Of a DNA stretch of 64,000 nt, positions 48,162 to 57,361 are shown one piece after another. The notes under the pieces are model-generated. The model saw nothing but the letters and a program-made list of their open reading frames with translations. It was not told the DNA's origin and ran no database searches. A program made the position numbers and the translations under genes. Location: contig CACMWW010000005.1 of the NCBI GenBank assembly GCA_902617525.1, forward strand, positions 17,135-81,134. The letters run 5' to 3'. This stretch comes from an uncultured Pelagibacteraceae bacterium (lineage in GTDB: Bacteria > Pseudomonadota > Alphaproteobacteria > Pelagibacterales > AG-422-B15). Every line of letters starts with the position of its first letter. The stretch's first letter is position 1.

Positions 48162-49083
48162 CAACAAACTCTTTTTCCTCAATAACATTACTTGGATCGA
48201 CATGTAATATTATTTCTGCATCTGGAAATTGATTAAGTATGTTTTCTTCTACTTGATCAGCAATATTGTGCGATTCTTCTAAGCTTACATGCTCTGATAC
48301 CTCAATGTGCATTTGCATAAAAAACTTTCCTTTACTTGACCCACTTTGACGAGTACGAACATCATGAAATCCAAGAACTTTATTATGGCTTTTTACAATG
48401 TCAAAGATCTCAGACTTGAGATCATCATCAATTTCACGATCAATTAATACAGCAATTGATTTTTGAAAAATAGCAATTGTTGTATAGATCATATAAATCG
48501 AAATTAAAGCGGCAATTAATGGATCCGCTCTTGAGAAATCAGCAAACATCACAAGCATAATTCCAACAAAGGCCGCAATATTTGTTAATAAATCACTAAG
48601 GTAATGAAGCTTTTCTGACTCTACGCTTAATGAAGCAGTGTCTTTCATTATTCTTGTTTGAAACCTCACCAACATAAGAGTGGCAAATATTGAGATTGCA
48701 ATAACAATAAGTGCTATTTCGGAATTAATAATTGTAATTTCAGGATCAATAAAGTTTTGGTAGGCCATATACAGTATAAATATTGAAATTAGTAAAATAA
48801 TAATTCCCTCTATAAAAGCAGATAATGCTTCAGCTTTACCGTAACCAAAACGGTATTCATTAGTATTTTTCTTTAATGAGATTCTAACTAAAGTAAATGT
48901 AGTTAGAGTGATGATGAGATCAAAAAAACTATCTGCAAGTAATGACAAAATTATAATTGAGCCAGTAGCAAAATATGCAAATGCTTTGATAAAAATTAAA
49001 AAAAGAACAACTCCGAGAGTGATCAATGAAGATTTTTTTATTTTTTCTCCATACTCATTTTGAGAAATATTTGCGTAAGTCAT
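48154..49083 (-). CDS. Cation diffusion facilitator (CDF) metal efflux transporter
   Basis: 309 aa with six TM helices, motifs LADSFFD and HYLSDLL, and a cytoplasmic C-terminal domain. Confidence 0.85.
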   Translation of the reverse strand: MTYANISQNEYGEKIKKSSLITLGVVLFLIFIKAFAYFATGSIIILSLLADSFFDLIITLTTFTLVRISLKKNTNEYRFGYGKAEALSAFIEGIIILLISIFILYMAYQNFIDPEITIINSEIALIVIAISIFATLMLVRFQTRIMKDTASLSVESEKLHYLSDLLTNIAAFVGIMLVMFADFSRADPLIAALISIYMIYTTIAIFQKSIAVLIDREIDDDLKSEIFDIVKSHNKVLGFHDVRTRQSGSSKGKFFMQMHIEVSEHVSLEESHNIADQVEENILNQFPDAEIILHVDPSNVIEEKEFVDA

Positions 49084-49706
49084 TAAGGATAAAGTCTTGA
49101 TTTAATCCATTGATCATTTGATAATGTAAAGACAATCCTGTCGTGAAGTCTTGTTTTATAATCGTCTCTACTTTTCCAGACTTCTACCTTTTCAGGTTGT
49201 ATAATTACCCCTCCCCAATGATCAGGTCTTGGTATATCTTTACCTTCATAATTATCTGCGAATTTTTTAAATTCTGCATCAAGCACTTCTTTGCTCTCAA
49301 CTGTTTCAGACTGTTTAGAAATACTTGCTGAAATTTGAGCATTACGATCTCGAGATGCAAAATAATTGTCTGAAATTGAAGCATCAATCTTTTGTACTTC
49401 ACCTTGAATACGAATAGAAACACCTTGCGCTCGACTGTACCATGTGAGGTGACCTTTATTATTATGAAAAAGCTCCTTACCTTTTTGAGACTGATAGTTT
49501 GTGTAAAAAACAAAGCCTTTGTTTGATACATCTTTTATAAGTATAACACGTGCGTTTGGATTACCTTCCGCATCGACTGAAGAAACAAGCGCGGCATTAG
49601 GATCGAGTTCTACTAATTCCTTTTCTTTTTCGTAAAAATCATTCCACGCATCTAACCAGTTGTTGTAATTAGAAATATCATTGCTCATTAGTTTACTTAT
49701 AGTCAA
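49083..49706 (-). CDS. pdxH: Pyridoxamine 5'-phosphate oxidase
   Basis: 207 aa with ARVILIKDV...GFVFYTNYQSQKG, HWGG, WKSR...RLHDR and C-terminal RLYP. The start is either TTG 49706 or ATG 49688. Confidence 0.9.
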   Translation of the reverse strand: MTISKLMSNDISNYNNWLDAWNDFYEKEKELVELDPNAALVSSVDAEGNPNARVILIKDVSNKGFVFYTNYQSQKGKELFHNNKGHLTWYSRAQGVSIRIQGEVQKIDASISDNYFASRDRNAQISASISKQSETVESKEVLDAEFKKFADNYEGKDIPRPDHWGGVIIQPEKVEVWKSRDDYKTRLHDRIVFTLSNDQWIKSRLYP

Positions 49707-49886
49707 ATTGTAAAAAAATTGAATTGAAATAAGAGCGAATGAGATGCATTATCAAAAATAATGATTGAAGTGTTAAAAAAAATTTGGTTTTTACAACTCA
49801 GATTTGTCAAAATTTATCTATCAACAGGTGTGTATCCACCTTTAATTAGAAATAGAAAACGTAATAATTGGAGTAAAAAAAAGTGA

Positions 49887-50036
49887 TTATTCTTGCTTTT
49901 CTTGATTTTTGATAACAACTTCGGTAACACGCTGCATTTGACTTTCAATCCTTACAGAATGATCCTTAAAGTCCTGTCGAATTAAATAAACAAGATAAAT
50001 TAATACACAAACAGCAATGAATGTTAAAAATTCCAT
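49887..50036 (-). CDS. Candidate small single-TM protein (49 aa)
   Basis: My reading gives ATG 50036 to TAA 49889-49887, translating to MEFLTFIAVCVLIYLVYLIRQDFKDHSVRIESQMQRVTEVVIKNQEKQE. It is below the track cutoff and lies inside the longest intergenic gap of the window. Confidence 0.3.
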   Translation of the reverse strand: MEFLTFIAVCVLIYLVYLIRQDFKDHSVRIESQMQRVTEVVIKNQEKQE

Positions 50037-50095
50037 GCTGTTATTATAGCTCTAAATGCATATTTAAAAATGATAAAAAAGAATAGGAATTTTGC

Positions 50096-50830
50096 CTACT
50101 TTTCACCTCTAATTTTTAAAATTTGTTCATATGCATCATTAATTCTTTGAAAGTTCTCTTTTGCTTTTTGAATAAGGCTTTTATCAGTAATGCCTTTTGC
50201 CCGAACGATATCTGGATGGTTTTTGCGAGCTAAATTTCTGTAAACTTTTTTAATTTCCGCAGACGTTTGAGATTTAGAAACACCAAGTACCTTGTACGGG
50301 TCTTCTTTGACAAATTCAGGTCGAGAATTTCTTAATCTATTAAACGTTACTTGATCAATTCCAAAAATCTGGCTAACTTTTTTTATATATTTTAGTTCTG
50401 GAGCCGATAAATCATGATCAGCATATCCAATTTCAAAAAGGCCTAATATGACTTGCTCCAACATTTGTGGAGTTCGGTAAAAAGTGTCTCTTAACTGCTG
50501 AGCGTAAGGTTCAAATCCTGCACTGGTTTGTGCAGCTTCTTTCCATATTGCTCCAACCTGTTTCATATTTTCTTGAGGTATTTTAAATATTTTTTTGAAT
50601 TTTCTTATTTCGTCGTCAGTGACTCTTCCATCTGCTTTTGCCAACTTTGCACAGAGAACAACAAGCCCTAAAGCATAAACACCTTGATTACTATTAAAGT
50701 TAGCCCCAGGATTTCTAAAGTTTGTTTTCTTTCCAAGAAAGTATGCGCCTGCAGTAAATGCAAGTGCGCCCAAAGGGCCTGCTATCATATTCCCTAAAGA
50801 AGCTGCTATTAAATATTTCCAAATGTTCAT
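50096..50830 (-). CDS. djlA: Co-chaperone DjlA (TM + TerB-like + C-terminal J domain)
   Basis: 244 aa. The C-terminal J domain is DPYKVLGVSKSQTSAEIKKVYRNLARKNHPD. Confidence 0.8.
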   Translation of the reverse strand: MNIWKYLIAASLGNMIAGPLGALAFTAGAYFLGKKTNFRNPGANFNSNQGVYALGLVVLCAKLAKADGRVTDDEIRKFKKIFKIPQENMKQVGAIWKEAAQTSAGFEPYAQQLRDTFYRTPQMLEQVILGLFEIGYADHDLSAPELKYIKKVSQIFGIDQVTFNRLRNSRPEFVKEDPYKVLGVSKSQTSAEIKKVYRNLARKNHPDIVRAKGITDKSLIQKAKENFQRINDAYEQILKIRGEK

Positions 50831-50877
50831 AGGTTTAAAAATTGATTAATGATAATCTAAATTTTAATAAAATCTAT

Positions 50878-51780
50878 ATGAACAGAAATAATATTAAGTT
50901 GGGTGCGCTCTATATGCTGATATCTGTTACAGGGTTCAGCATCATGGATATAGCAGTAAAATGGACAACTGCAGAATATTCAATAGGCATGGTCATTGCG
51001 GCACGTATGATTGGAGGCTTGATACCTCTTTTTCTTGTTGTACCCAAAGAAAGGTGGGGTAATTTTTTTCATACTACTAAACCCGGCTTGATGTTTATTA
51101 GAGCATTCACTGGAACAGCTGCACTTTTTTGTGTTTATGCAAGTCTTCATTATTTACCCCTTGCAACCACTGTAAGTCTCACGTTTGCATCACCAATTTT
51201 TAGTACGCTGCTGTCAATATTTATACTCGGTGAACTTGTAAGAGTAAGAAGGTGGATTGCAATTGTAATTGGTTTTGCCGGAGTCTTGATCATAATCAAT
51301 CCAACATCCAGTGAGTTTAGTGTCTACATGTTATTACCAATTTTATTTTGTGTATTCTTTGCGATGGTATCGATTTCAATCCGTTTATTAAGTGAGACCG
51401 AACCATCGTATTTGATTGCTTGGTATTTTACTTTATTTGGCTTCATTGCATCTTTATTTACAATTCCTTTTGGAGGATGGAAAATACCAGTATCTTGGTT
51501 TGACCTTGGAATTTTAACAGCAGTTGGAATTTTTGGAGGAATTGGAAACCTTGCTCTGACCTCAGCGTTTAAACATGCTGAAGTCTCTCTGGTTACACCT
51601 TTGAAATATCTTAGTTTAATTTATGGAATAATATTTGGTTATATGATTTGGAATGAGATACCTGCGTGGAATACTTATGTCGGTGCTGGATTTATTATCT
51701 TATCAGCAATTTTTATTCTTAGACGTGAGACCGCTCTAAAAAAAGAGATCCAACCAGAAAAATTCTCAATTCAGCGTTAG
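50878..51780 (+). CDS. EamA/DMT family transporter
   Basis: Ten hydrophobic helices. ATG 50878 (MNRNNIKLGALYML...) is preferred over the track's TTG 50842. Confidence 0.8.
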   Translation: MNRNNIKLGALYMLISVTGFSIMDIAVKWTTAEYSIGMVIAARMIGGLIPLFLVVPKERWGNFFHTTKPGLMFIRAFTGTAALFCVYASLHYLPLATTVSLTFASPIFSTLLSIFILGELVRVRRWIAIVIGFAGVLIIINPTSSEFSVYMLLPILFCVFFAMVSISIRLLSETEPSYLIAWYFTLFGFIASLFTIPFGGWKIPVSWFDLGILTAVGIFGGIGNLALTSAFKHAEVSLVTPLKYLSLIYGIIFGYMIWNEIPAWNTYVGAGFIILSAIFILRRETALKKEIQPEKFSIQR

Positions 51781-52541
51781 TTCTTATTTAAAAAAGTGTC
51801 TATACCTTTTTTGGTTTCAGACATTTGTAGATTTTCAACCATTGCTTTACTTGCAAAATCGTAGGCATCAGAAATTTTCATTGCTGACTGTTTGTATAAT
51901 GTTTCTTTCGTGAGCGCGAGTACTTCGGACGTGTGATCACAAACTTGTTGAGAAAATAATTCGACCCTTTTATCTAATTCGTCATCTTCTAAATATTCGT
52001 TGATGAGTCCTGCTTCTTGTGCTCTATGAGCATTAAGAGGCTGACCGCTCACTAATAATTCCATAACATTTTTTGAAGATATTGCACGGGCTACAGATAC
52101 TGACGGTTGATGACAGCCAAAATTAAAGTTTATACCACCAAGTGCAAATCTTGCTGATTTAGAACTAAAAACACAATCCATTATACTGACTAATCCCAGC
52201 CCGCCGGCGGTTGCAATACCTCTTACCTTGGCAACAAAAATCTTTGGACTTGTTCTAATTTTCATTAACATTTCAGAGCACTCCGCAAATAGAAGTTCTT
52301 GTGATTTCTTATCATTATTTTTAATCATCTCTTGAACTTCATTAAAACTATGTCCACTACAAAAGATTTTTTCATTTGAACTTTCAAATATAACAAGTTT
52401 GTGATCTTTGGATTTACTAACGCGATCTATCTCCATTTTAATTGCTGACATCATTTCCATGGTTAGGCAATTTGCTGGTGCATCATTAAGAGTGAGCGTT
52501 ACAACTTGTCCATCATCTTTACTTACTAAAATATCCGTCAT
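51777..52541 (-). CDS. Enoyl-CoA hydratase/isomerase (crotonase) family protein
   Basis: 254 aa with FCSGHSF and ATAGGLGL oxyanion-hole segments. Confidence 0.8.
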   Translation of the reverse strand: MTDILVSKDDGQVVTLTLNDAPANCLTMEMMSAIKMEIDRVSKSKDHKLVIFESSNEKIFCSGHSFNEVQEMIKNNDKKSQELLFAECSEMLMKIRTSPKIFVAKVRGIATAGGLGLVSIMDCVFSSKSARFALGGINFNFGCHQPSVSVARAISSKNVMELLVSGQPLNAHRAQEAGLINEYLEDDELDKRVELFSQQVCDHTSEVLALTKETLYKQSAMKISDAYDFASKAMVENLQMSETKKGIDTFLNKN

Positions 52542-53257
52542 GAACTAAACCTTATATTAATTCGCCTGTTTCTTTTACCTTTATTTTCAATCTTTCCAAT
52601 CTCAAGTGGTCCAATTTCTTTTGTAGATTGGCAATGTGTTCCTCCACAACATTGAAGATCGATAATGTTTTCTCCCTCACCAATTTGAACTGTTTGTACT
52701 TTGTTATCTATAACTGGAGGTGAAACGGCAGCTCCTTTCGCTAAGTGAGGATTTGATTTAAGTTCATCTCCTGTAATTTGATTTATGATTATGGGATAGT
52801 CTTTACTAATAATATCCCTAATCTTCTCATTTAATTCTTCTTTATTTAGCATTGATGGATCAACATCAAAGTCTATTCTTGATTTAGCACTTCCAACCGA
52901 TGCGCCTGTTATAAGGGCGTCAACTAAGCTACACAAAATGTGGCAACTGGAATGCATTTTCATATGAGCATATCTGAGTTCCCAATTGATCTTAAGTTCA
53001 GCAGATTGATTAATTAAACTTTGATCAATAGGGCCGTCAACAATATGCAAAATTTCATTTGGCTTCGATCCTTTTTTAGTATCTACAACTTTGAGAACTT
53101 GGTCCTTTAATACAATCTCACCTTGATCTCCAGGTTGTCCACCTGACTCTGCATAAAAAATTGTTCTATCCAATTGTATAATATTTTCTTCAACTCCAAT
53201 AATACTGGCTTCTGTTTCTTTTAAGTAACTATCTTGATTGAAAAGAAGGTCAGTCAT
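52538..53257 (-). CDS. Free-standing alanyl/threonyl-tRNA synthetase editing-domain protein (AlaX-like)
   Basis: The preferred start is MTDLLFNQDSYL (ATG 53257). It has FYAESGGQPGDQG, an HxxxH zinc motif (HMKMHSSCH) and CCGGTHC. Confidence 0.78.
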   Translation of the reverse strand: MTDLLFNQDSYLKETEASIIGVEENIIQLDRTIFYAESGGQPGDQGEIVLKDQVLKVVDTKKGSKPNEILHIVDGPIDQSLINQSAELKINWELRYAHMKMHSSCHILCSLVDALITGASVGSAKSRIDFDVDPSMLNKEELNEKIRDIISKDYPIIINQITGDELKSNPHLAKGAAVSPPVIDNKVQTVQIGEGENIIDLQCCGGTHCQSTKEIGPLEIGKIENKGKRNRRINIRFSS

Positions 53258-53261
53258 AAAT

Positions 53262-54632
53262 CTATAAATAAAAATCGTATTCTTCTGAAGGTATGAAACT
53301 GTTATCCATATGTTCAAATTCACCTTCTTTGGCTGATACGTATAAATCAAGATACTCTTTTCCTAAATACTTAGATAAAATTTTTGATTCTTGAAAACGA
53401 TTTAATGCAGACTCCATATTTTTTGGCATTTCAGGATCAGCAGTTTTGTCAGCACCCTCAGTGTTATCAAAACTTACTTGGTCTGTTGGTGAGAGTTTTC
53501 TTGTAAGTCCGTGGTGAAGTCCAGAAAGGATACAGGCTAAAACAAGATATGGATTTGCATCAGCTGATGCTACCCGGTGTTCAATTCTTTTTGCACTATC
53601 TGATCCAGCGGGTATTCTCAATGAAACATCTCTTCGATTCCAAGACCAACTTTTATTTACAGGAACAAAATTTCGGGTTTGTATTCTTCGATAACCATTT
53701 CTATTTGGAATAAATATTGGAAATGAGTCATAAAAAGCTTCTTGAAAACCAGCTAAAGCATTTTTTAACTTATCATTTCCGTAACGATTCTTAGTTGCAA
53801 AAATATTTTTTCCATCATCATCGTACACTGAAATATGCAGGTGCATTCCATTTCCAGTCTCCTCAAGAAATGGCTTTGCCATAAATGTTGCTTCAAACCC
53901 ATGCTTTGCAGTTGTTTCTTTTATTATTCTTCTTAACATTGCTGCATCATCCGCTGCTTTAAGCAGATCACCGGTATGCTTTAAATTAATTTCATATTGG
54001 CCAGCAGCAAATTCACTTGAAGCTGTTGTTGCAGGGATATCTTGAATTTTACAGTTCTCGTTAATTTCATTAAATAAATCCCCAAACATATCAAGATCAG
54101 GAATTCCATATACATGAGTTTTACTCGCACCTAATGCAGGAACTGGTTTACCTTCTTGATTTCTTTTCTTATCCAACAAATAAAACTCTAATTCAAAAGC
54201 CACTACTGGATTAAATCCGGTGCCTTTGAATTTATTCATTACTTTTTCTAAAATATTTCTTGGGTCAACTTCCGCCGGGTTTTCTATTACACCCCATTTT
54301 TCCTGTTCTTTTCTCATAGAAATTAGTACTTGAAGAACCTTGCTATCCCAAGGGACGGGCTTTATGGAATTTTTAACGGGCATTAAAACTCCATCTGGAT
54401 CTCCGTCAGTCCAACCAAGATTCATCGTGTTGGTTACGCCACCGAGGACATCTAAATAAAATGCTGAAAAAGGTAACAATACACCATCTGAAAAAATTTT
54501 ATCTGCCTCTAGTACTGGAAATCTTTTTCCCCTTACATATCCACAGAGGTCTGTAAATATTGCGTCTACATATTGGATATTATGATGACGATTAAGCACT
54601 TCATCAAATTCTGATTGTGTTGCAAGTTCCAT
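53262..54632 (-). CDS. Glutamine synthetase family ligase (gamma-glutamyl-amine synthetase, PuuA/GmaS-like)
   Basis: 456 aa with a GS catalytic-domain pattern (FELEFYL, GNGMHLHISV, NGYRR, R-x-E-x-R in IEHRVASADANPY). Confidence 0.85.
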   Translation of the reverse strand: MELATQSEFDEVLNRHHNIQYVDAIFTDLCGYVRGKRFPVLEADKIFSDGVLLPFSAFYLDVLGGVTNTMNLGWTDGDPDGVLMPVKNSIKPVPWDSKVLQVLISMRKEQEKWGVIENPAEVDPRNILEKVMNKFKGTGFNPVVAFELEFYLLDKKRNQEGKPVPALGASKTHVYGIPDLDMFGDLFNEINENCKIQDIPATTASSEFAAGQYEINLKHTGDLLKAADDAAMLRRIIKETTAKHGFEATFMAKPFLEETGNGMHLHISVYDDDGKNIFATKNRYGNDKLKNALAGFQEAFYDSFPIFIPNRNGYRRIQTRNFVPVNKSWSWNRRDVSLRIPAGSDSAKRIEHRVASADANPYLVLACILSGLHHGLTRKLSPTDQVSFDNTEGADKTADPEMPKNMESALNRFQESKILSKYLGKEYLDLYVSAKEGEFEHMDNSFIPSEEYDFYL

Positions 54633-54650
54633 ATAGGTATCGAATAAAGA

Positions 54651-55745
54651 TTAGACTAAGTCGTTCAGGTGTGTCTGTAAATGATTAAGGTAAAATTTCT
54701 GATATTGAACTAAGCTCGTCTCTAAATCCCCATATTTGCCAGGCTGATAGGACCTGCTTTCAATTCCCTTTTGATTCATTTCACATAACTGGGAATCTTC
54801 AGTAGAAGTTTGGTCCCACAAAAAAATCATTTTATCGACATCAACTTCCGCATCTTTATGAGTTACCCAATATTGGGTCACTACTGTTTTATTTTGACTA
54901 ATTGGTGAGAATAAAAAAAGTATCACAAATTCGTTATTTGCAACAAAGCTGTTAAATGGGCTGAAACCAATTGCAGTATAACCATTGTCAGCACCAATCT
55001 CCCTAAAATCACCCATCAATGTTGAACAAGAATAACTACCATCCATTGTTTCTGATGCAATACCTTCAGGTAAAGGAGTACGCTCTGCAATTCTAAAATA
55101 TTTTGAGTCATGTTCACTGAACTCTCCAACAAATAAACCTCTTTTTAAAGTTTGTTCTGTCCACTCTTTAATACGTTTTGTAAGTTTAGGGGCCTCAATC
55201 CCCGAACCAACACCTGCTCCATAAGAATTGCAATAATCTTCACCATGCACACTTAGATAATCTTTGTGCGTAAATTCGCCTCCCCAGCAATGAGCGCATT
55301 CTTTAAAGTTATGAATTGTAGCTAAATGTGAAGCATTAAAAATAAAATCTTTTTGAAAAGCAATCTTACCATCATTCAGTCCATGTATTTTGATGTATGG
55401 TTCAAGTGGTTTAATGAATTCATCAAATGAATAGGGAGAGTTTGATAAATTGATAAATACTAAACTCTCATACACTTTTAAATGACACTTAATATTTGGA
55501 TCAGATGCGGAAATTGAAAGTTGATTATCATCTGTTTTTTTTATCTCTATAAATCCTTTATTTAAGTTGTATGTAAAGATATCGTTTTGATTAAAGTACG
55601 AAAGATGGGTGAGAAAAACCCATTGTTTTTTGAAAATTGCGTCATAACTTGCATGAAATATCTCTGAATTTGTAAAGAAAAGTTGATCCATTCCTGCGTG
55701 TGGATCTTGGCTCTGTATTAAACTTTTGATTTTTTCACTTATCAT
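54651..55745 (-). CDS. Rieske-oxygenase alpha-subunit paralog lacking the Rieske [2Fe-2S] binding segment
   Basis: 364 aa, clearly paralogous to the 412-aa protein at 62731-63969 (CHLKVYESLVFINLS...FDEFIKPLEP versus CHFKIYEGLIFINLS...FDEFIEPLKE). It has no CxH / CxxH motifs. Confidence 0.65.
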   Translation of the reverse strand: MISEKIKSLIQSQDPHAGMDQLFFTNSEIFHASYDAIFKKQWVFLTHLSYFNQNDIFTYNLNKGFIEIKKTDDNQLSISASDPNIKCHLKVYESLVFINLSNSPYSFDEFIKPLEPYIKIHGLNDGKIAFQKDFIFNASHLATIHNFKECAHCWGGEFTHKDYLSVHGEDYCNSYGAGVGSGIEAPKLTKRIKEWTEQTLKRGLFVGEFSEHDSKYFRIAERTPLPEGIASETMDGSYSCSTLMGDFREIGADNGYTAIGFSPFNSFVANNEFVILFLFSPISQNKTVVTQYWVTHKDAEVDVDKMIFLWDQTSTEDSQLCEMNQKGIESRSYQPGKYGDLETSLVQYQKFYLNHLQTHLNDLV

Positions 55746-55797
55746 AAATTATTTTCAATATATTTTAATAATTGTTAAATTTAAATAAAAAATCATC

Positions 55798-57291
55798 ATG
55801 AATGATACTGATATTGAAATTTGTTATTTATCCGCTTCAGATACATTAAAGAAGTACAAAGAAAAAAAATTATCTCCAGTTGAAGTCCTGTCGGCTGTAA
55901 TTAAAAGAATAGAAACAGTTAATCCTAAGATAAATGCATTTAATTATCTTGATTTTGATAAGTCTATAGAACTTGCAAAAGAGTCTGAGAAAAAATTTTC
56001 CAATAATAATGATGTTCTGCCTCTTGAAGGATTACCTTTGGCAATAAAAGACGAAGTGAATATAAAAGGGCAACCAAATCGCAATGGTTGCTTACTTCTC
56101 AAGAATAATATCGCAAAGAAAACTGATATTGATGTTGAAACAATAGTCAATTCTGGCGCGATACTTCACGGTCGCACAACCAATCCAGAATTTTCTCTCA
56201 CTTCTTTTTGTCACTCAAAACTAAATGGCGTAACAAGAAACCCTTGGAACTTAGATATGACACCTGGTGGATCAAGTGGAGGCAGTGCGGCTGCATTAGC
56301 TTCAGGTTGTGCAATGTTGACAACAGGAAGTGACATTGGAGGTTCAATAAGAATACCAGCAGGTGCATGCGGCGTAGTTGGATTCAAGCCACCTCATGGA
56401 AGAAATGCTCAAAGTTATCCATTCAATCATGACCCTTACTGTGTAACAGGACCACTCGCAAGAACAGTGGTTGATACTGCAATGATGCAAAACATTATGT
56501 GTGGACCAAACCAAAAAGATATAACATCTTTACGTCCAAAAAAAACATTACCATTAAATTACGAAAATATTAAAAATTGGAAAATTGCTTATTCAATGGA
56601 CTTAGGATTTTTTGAGATTGATAAAGAAGTAGAACAGAATACGCTGACGGCATTAAAAAAATTTGAAAGTCTTGGATGTCAGGTCACAGAGGTGAAACTT
56701 AATTGGAAAAAAGATGAAGTAAATTCGGTTTGCTTCAGTCATTACGCAAATTCTTTTTATAAAGAAATTTCTGAGCTTTCAGTTTCTGAAAAAGAGCAGT
56801 TGAGTGATTACACAAAAATGTTCAGTGGTGTTACTGAAATGCACATTGACTCCTTAAAAAATAATAAAAAAATTTATCACGAACAAATTGGTGCTCACTT
56901 GGGTTATGGCGTTGAAGAAAGTGCAGTGGTGACTGGAAAAATGTATGAAGAAATCGGTCCAATATTGGAAAAATATGATTTATTTATTTGCCCTACCAAT
57001 GCCTTACCGGCAATCAAAGCTGATATTGATATAGTTAACGAACGCGTCATTATTAATGGAAAAGAACAAGAATGTGCTGACTTTGCATGGTGTATGTCTC
57101 ACCCATTCAATATGTTGGGCAAACTACCAGTCCTTTCCGTACCCTCTGGCTTTAGTTCAAATCAAGTGCCTACTGGCATTCAGATTATTTCACGCTCCTA
57201 CAGTGATGAACTAGTATTCCAAGGAGGATACAACTACGAAATGGTCGATCCATGGCTAAATAATGTGAAAAATCGGCCAGTTTTTGATTGA
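55798..57291 (+). CDS. Amidase (amidase-signature family)
   Basis: 497 aa with AIKDEV..., GGSSGGSAAALASG and GSDIGGSIRIPA. Confidence 0.9.
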   Translation: MNDTDIEICYLSASDTLKKYKEKKLSPVEVLSAVIKRIETVNPKINAFNYLDFDKSIELAKESEKKFSNNNDVLPLEGLPLAIKDEVNIKGQPNRNGCLLLKNNIAKKTDIDVETIVNSGAILHGRTTNPEFSLTSFCHSKLNGVTRNPWNLDMTPGGSSGGSAAALASGCAMLTTGSDIGGSIRIPAGACGVVGFKPPHGRNAQSYPFNHDPYCVTGPLARTVVDTAMMQNIMCGPNQKDITSLRPKKTLPLNYENIKNWKIAYSMDLGFFEIDKEVEQNTLTALKKFESLGCQVTEVKLNWKKDEVNSVCFSHYANSFYKEISELSVSEKEQLSDYTKMFSGVTEMHIDSLKNNKKIYHEQIGAHLGYGVEESAVVTGKMYEEIGPILEKYDLFICPTNALPAIKADIDIVNERVIINGKEQECADFAWCMSHPFNMLGKLPVLSVPSGFSSNQVPTGIQIISRSYSDELVFQGGYNYEMVDPWLNNVKNRPVFD

Positions 57292-57298
57292 TATAGTA

Positions 57299-57326
57299 TT
57301 GACCAGTTTATCCAGAGGTGTACAAT
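57299..57326 (+). promoter_or_regulatory. Sigma70-like promoter for the binding-protein gene (TTGACC-16 nt-TACAAT)
   Basis: TTGACC at 57299-57304, a 16-nt spacer, then TACAAT at 57321-57326. AAGGA SD at 57348-57352, 9 nt before ATG 57362. Confidence 0.45.
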
Positions 57327-57361
57327 TTTTTCAGATTAAACAAAAAAAAGGATAATTAATT

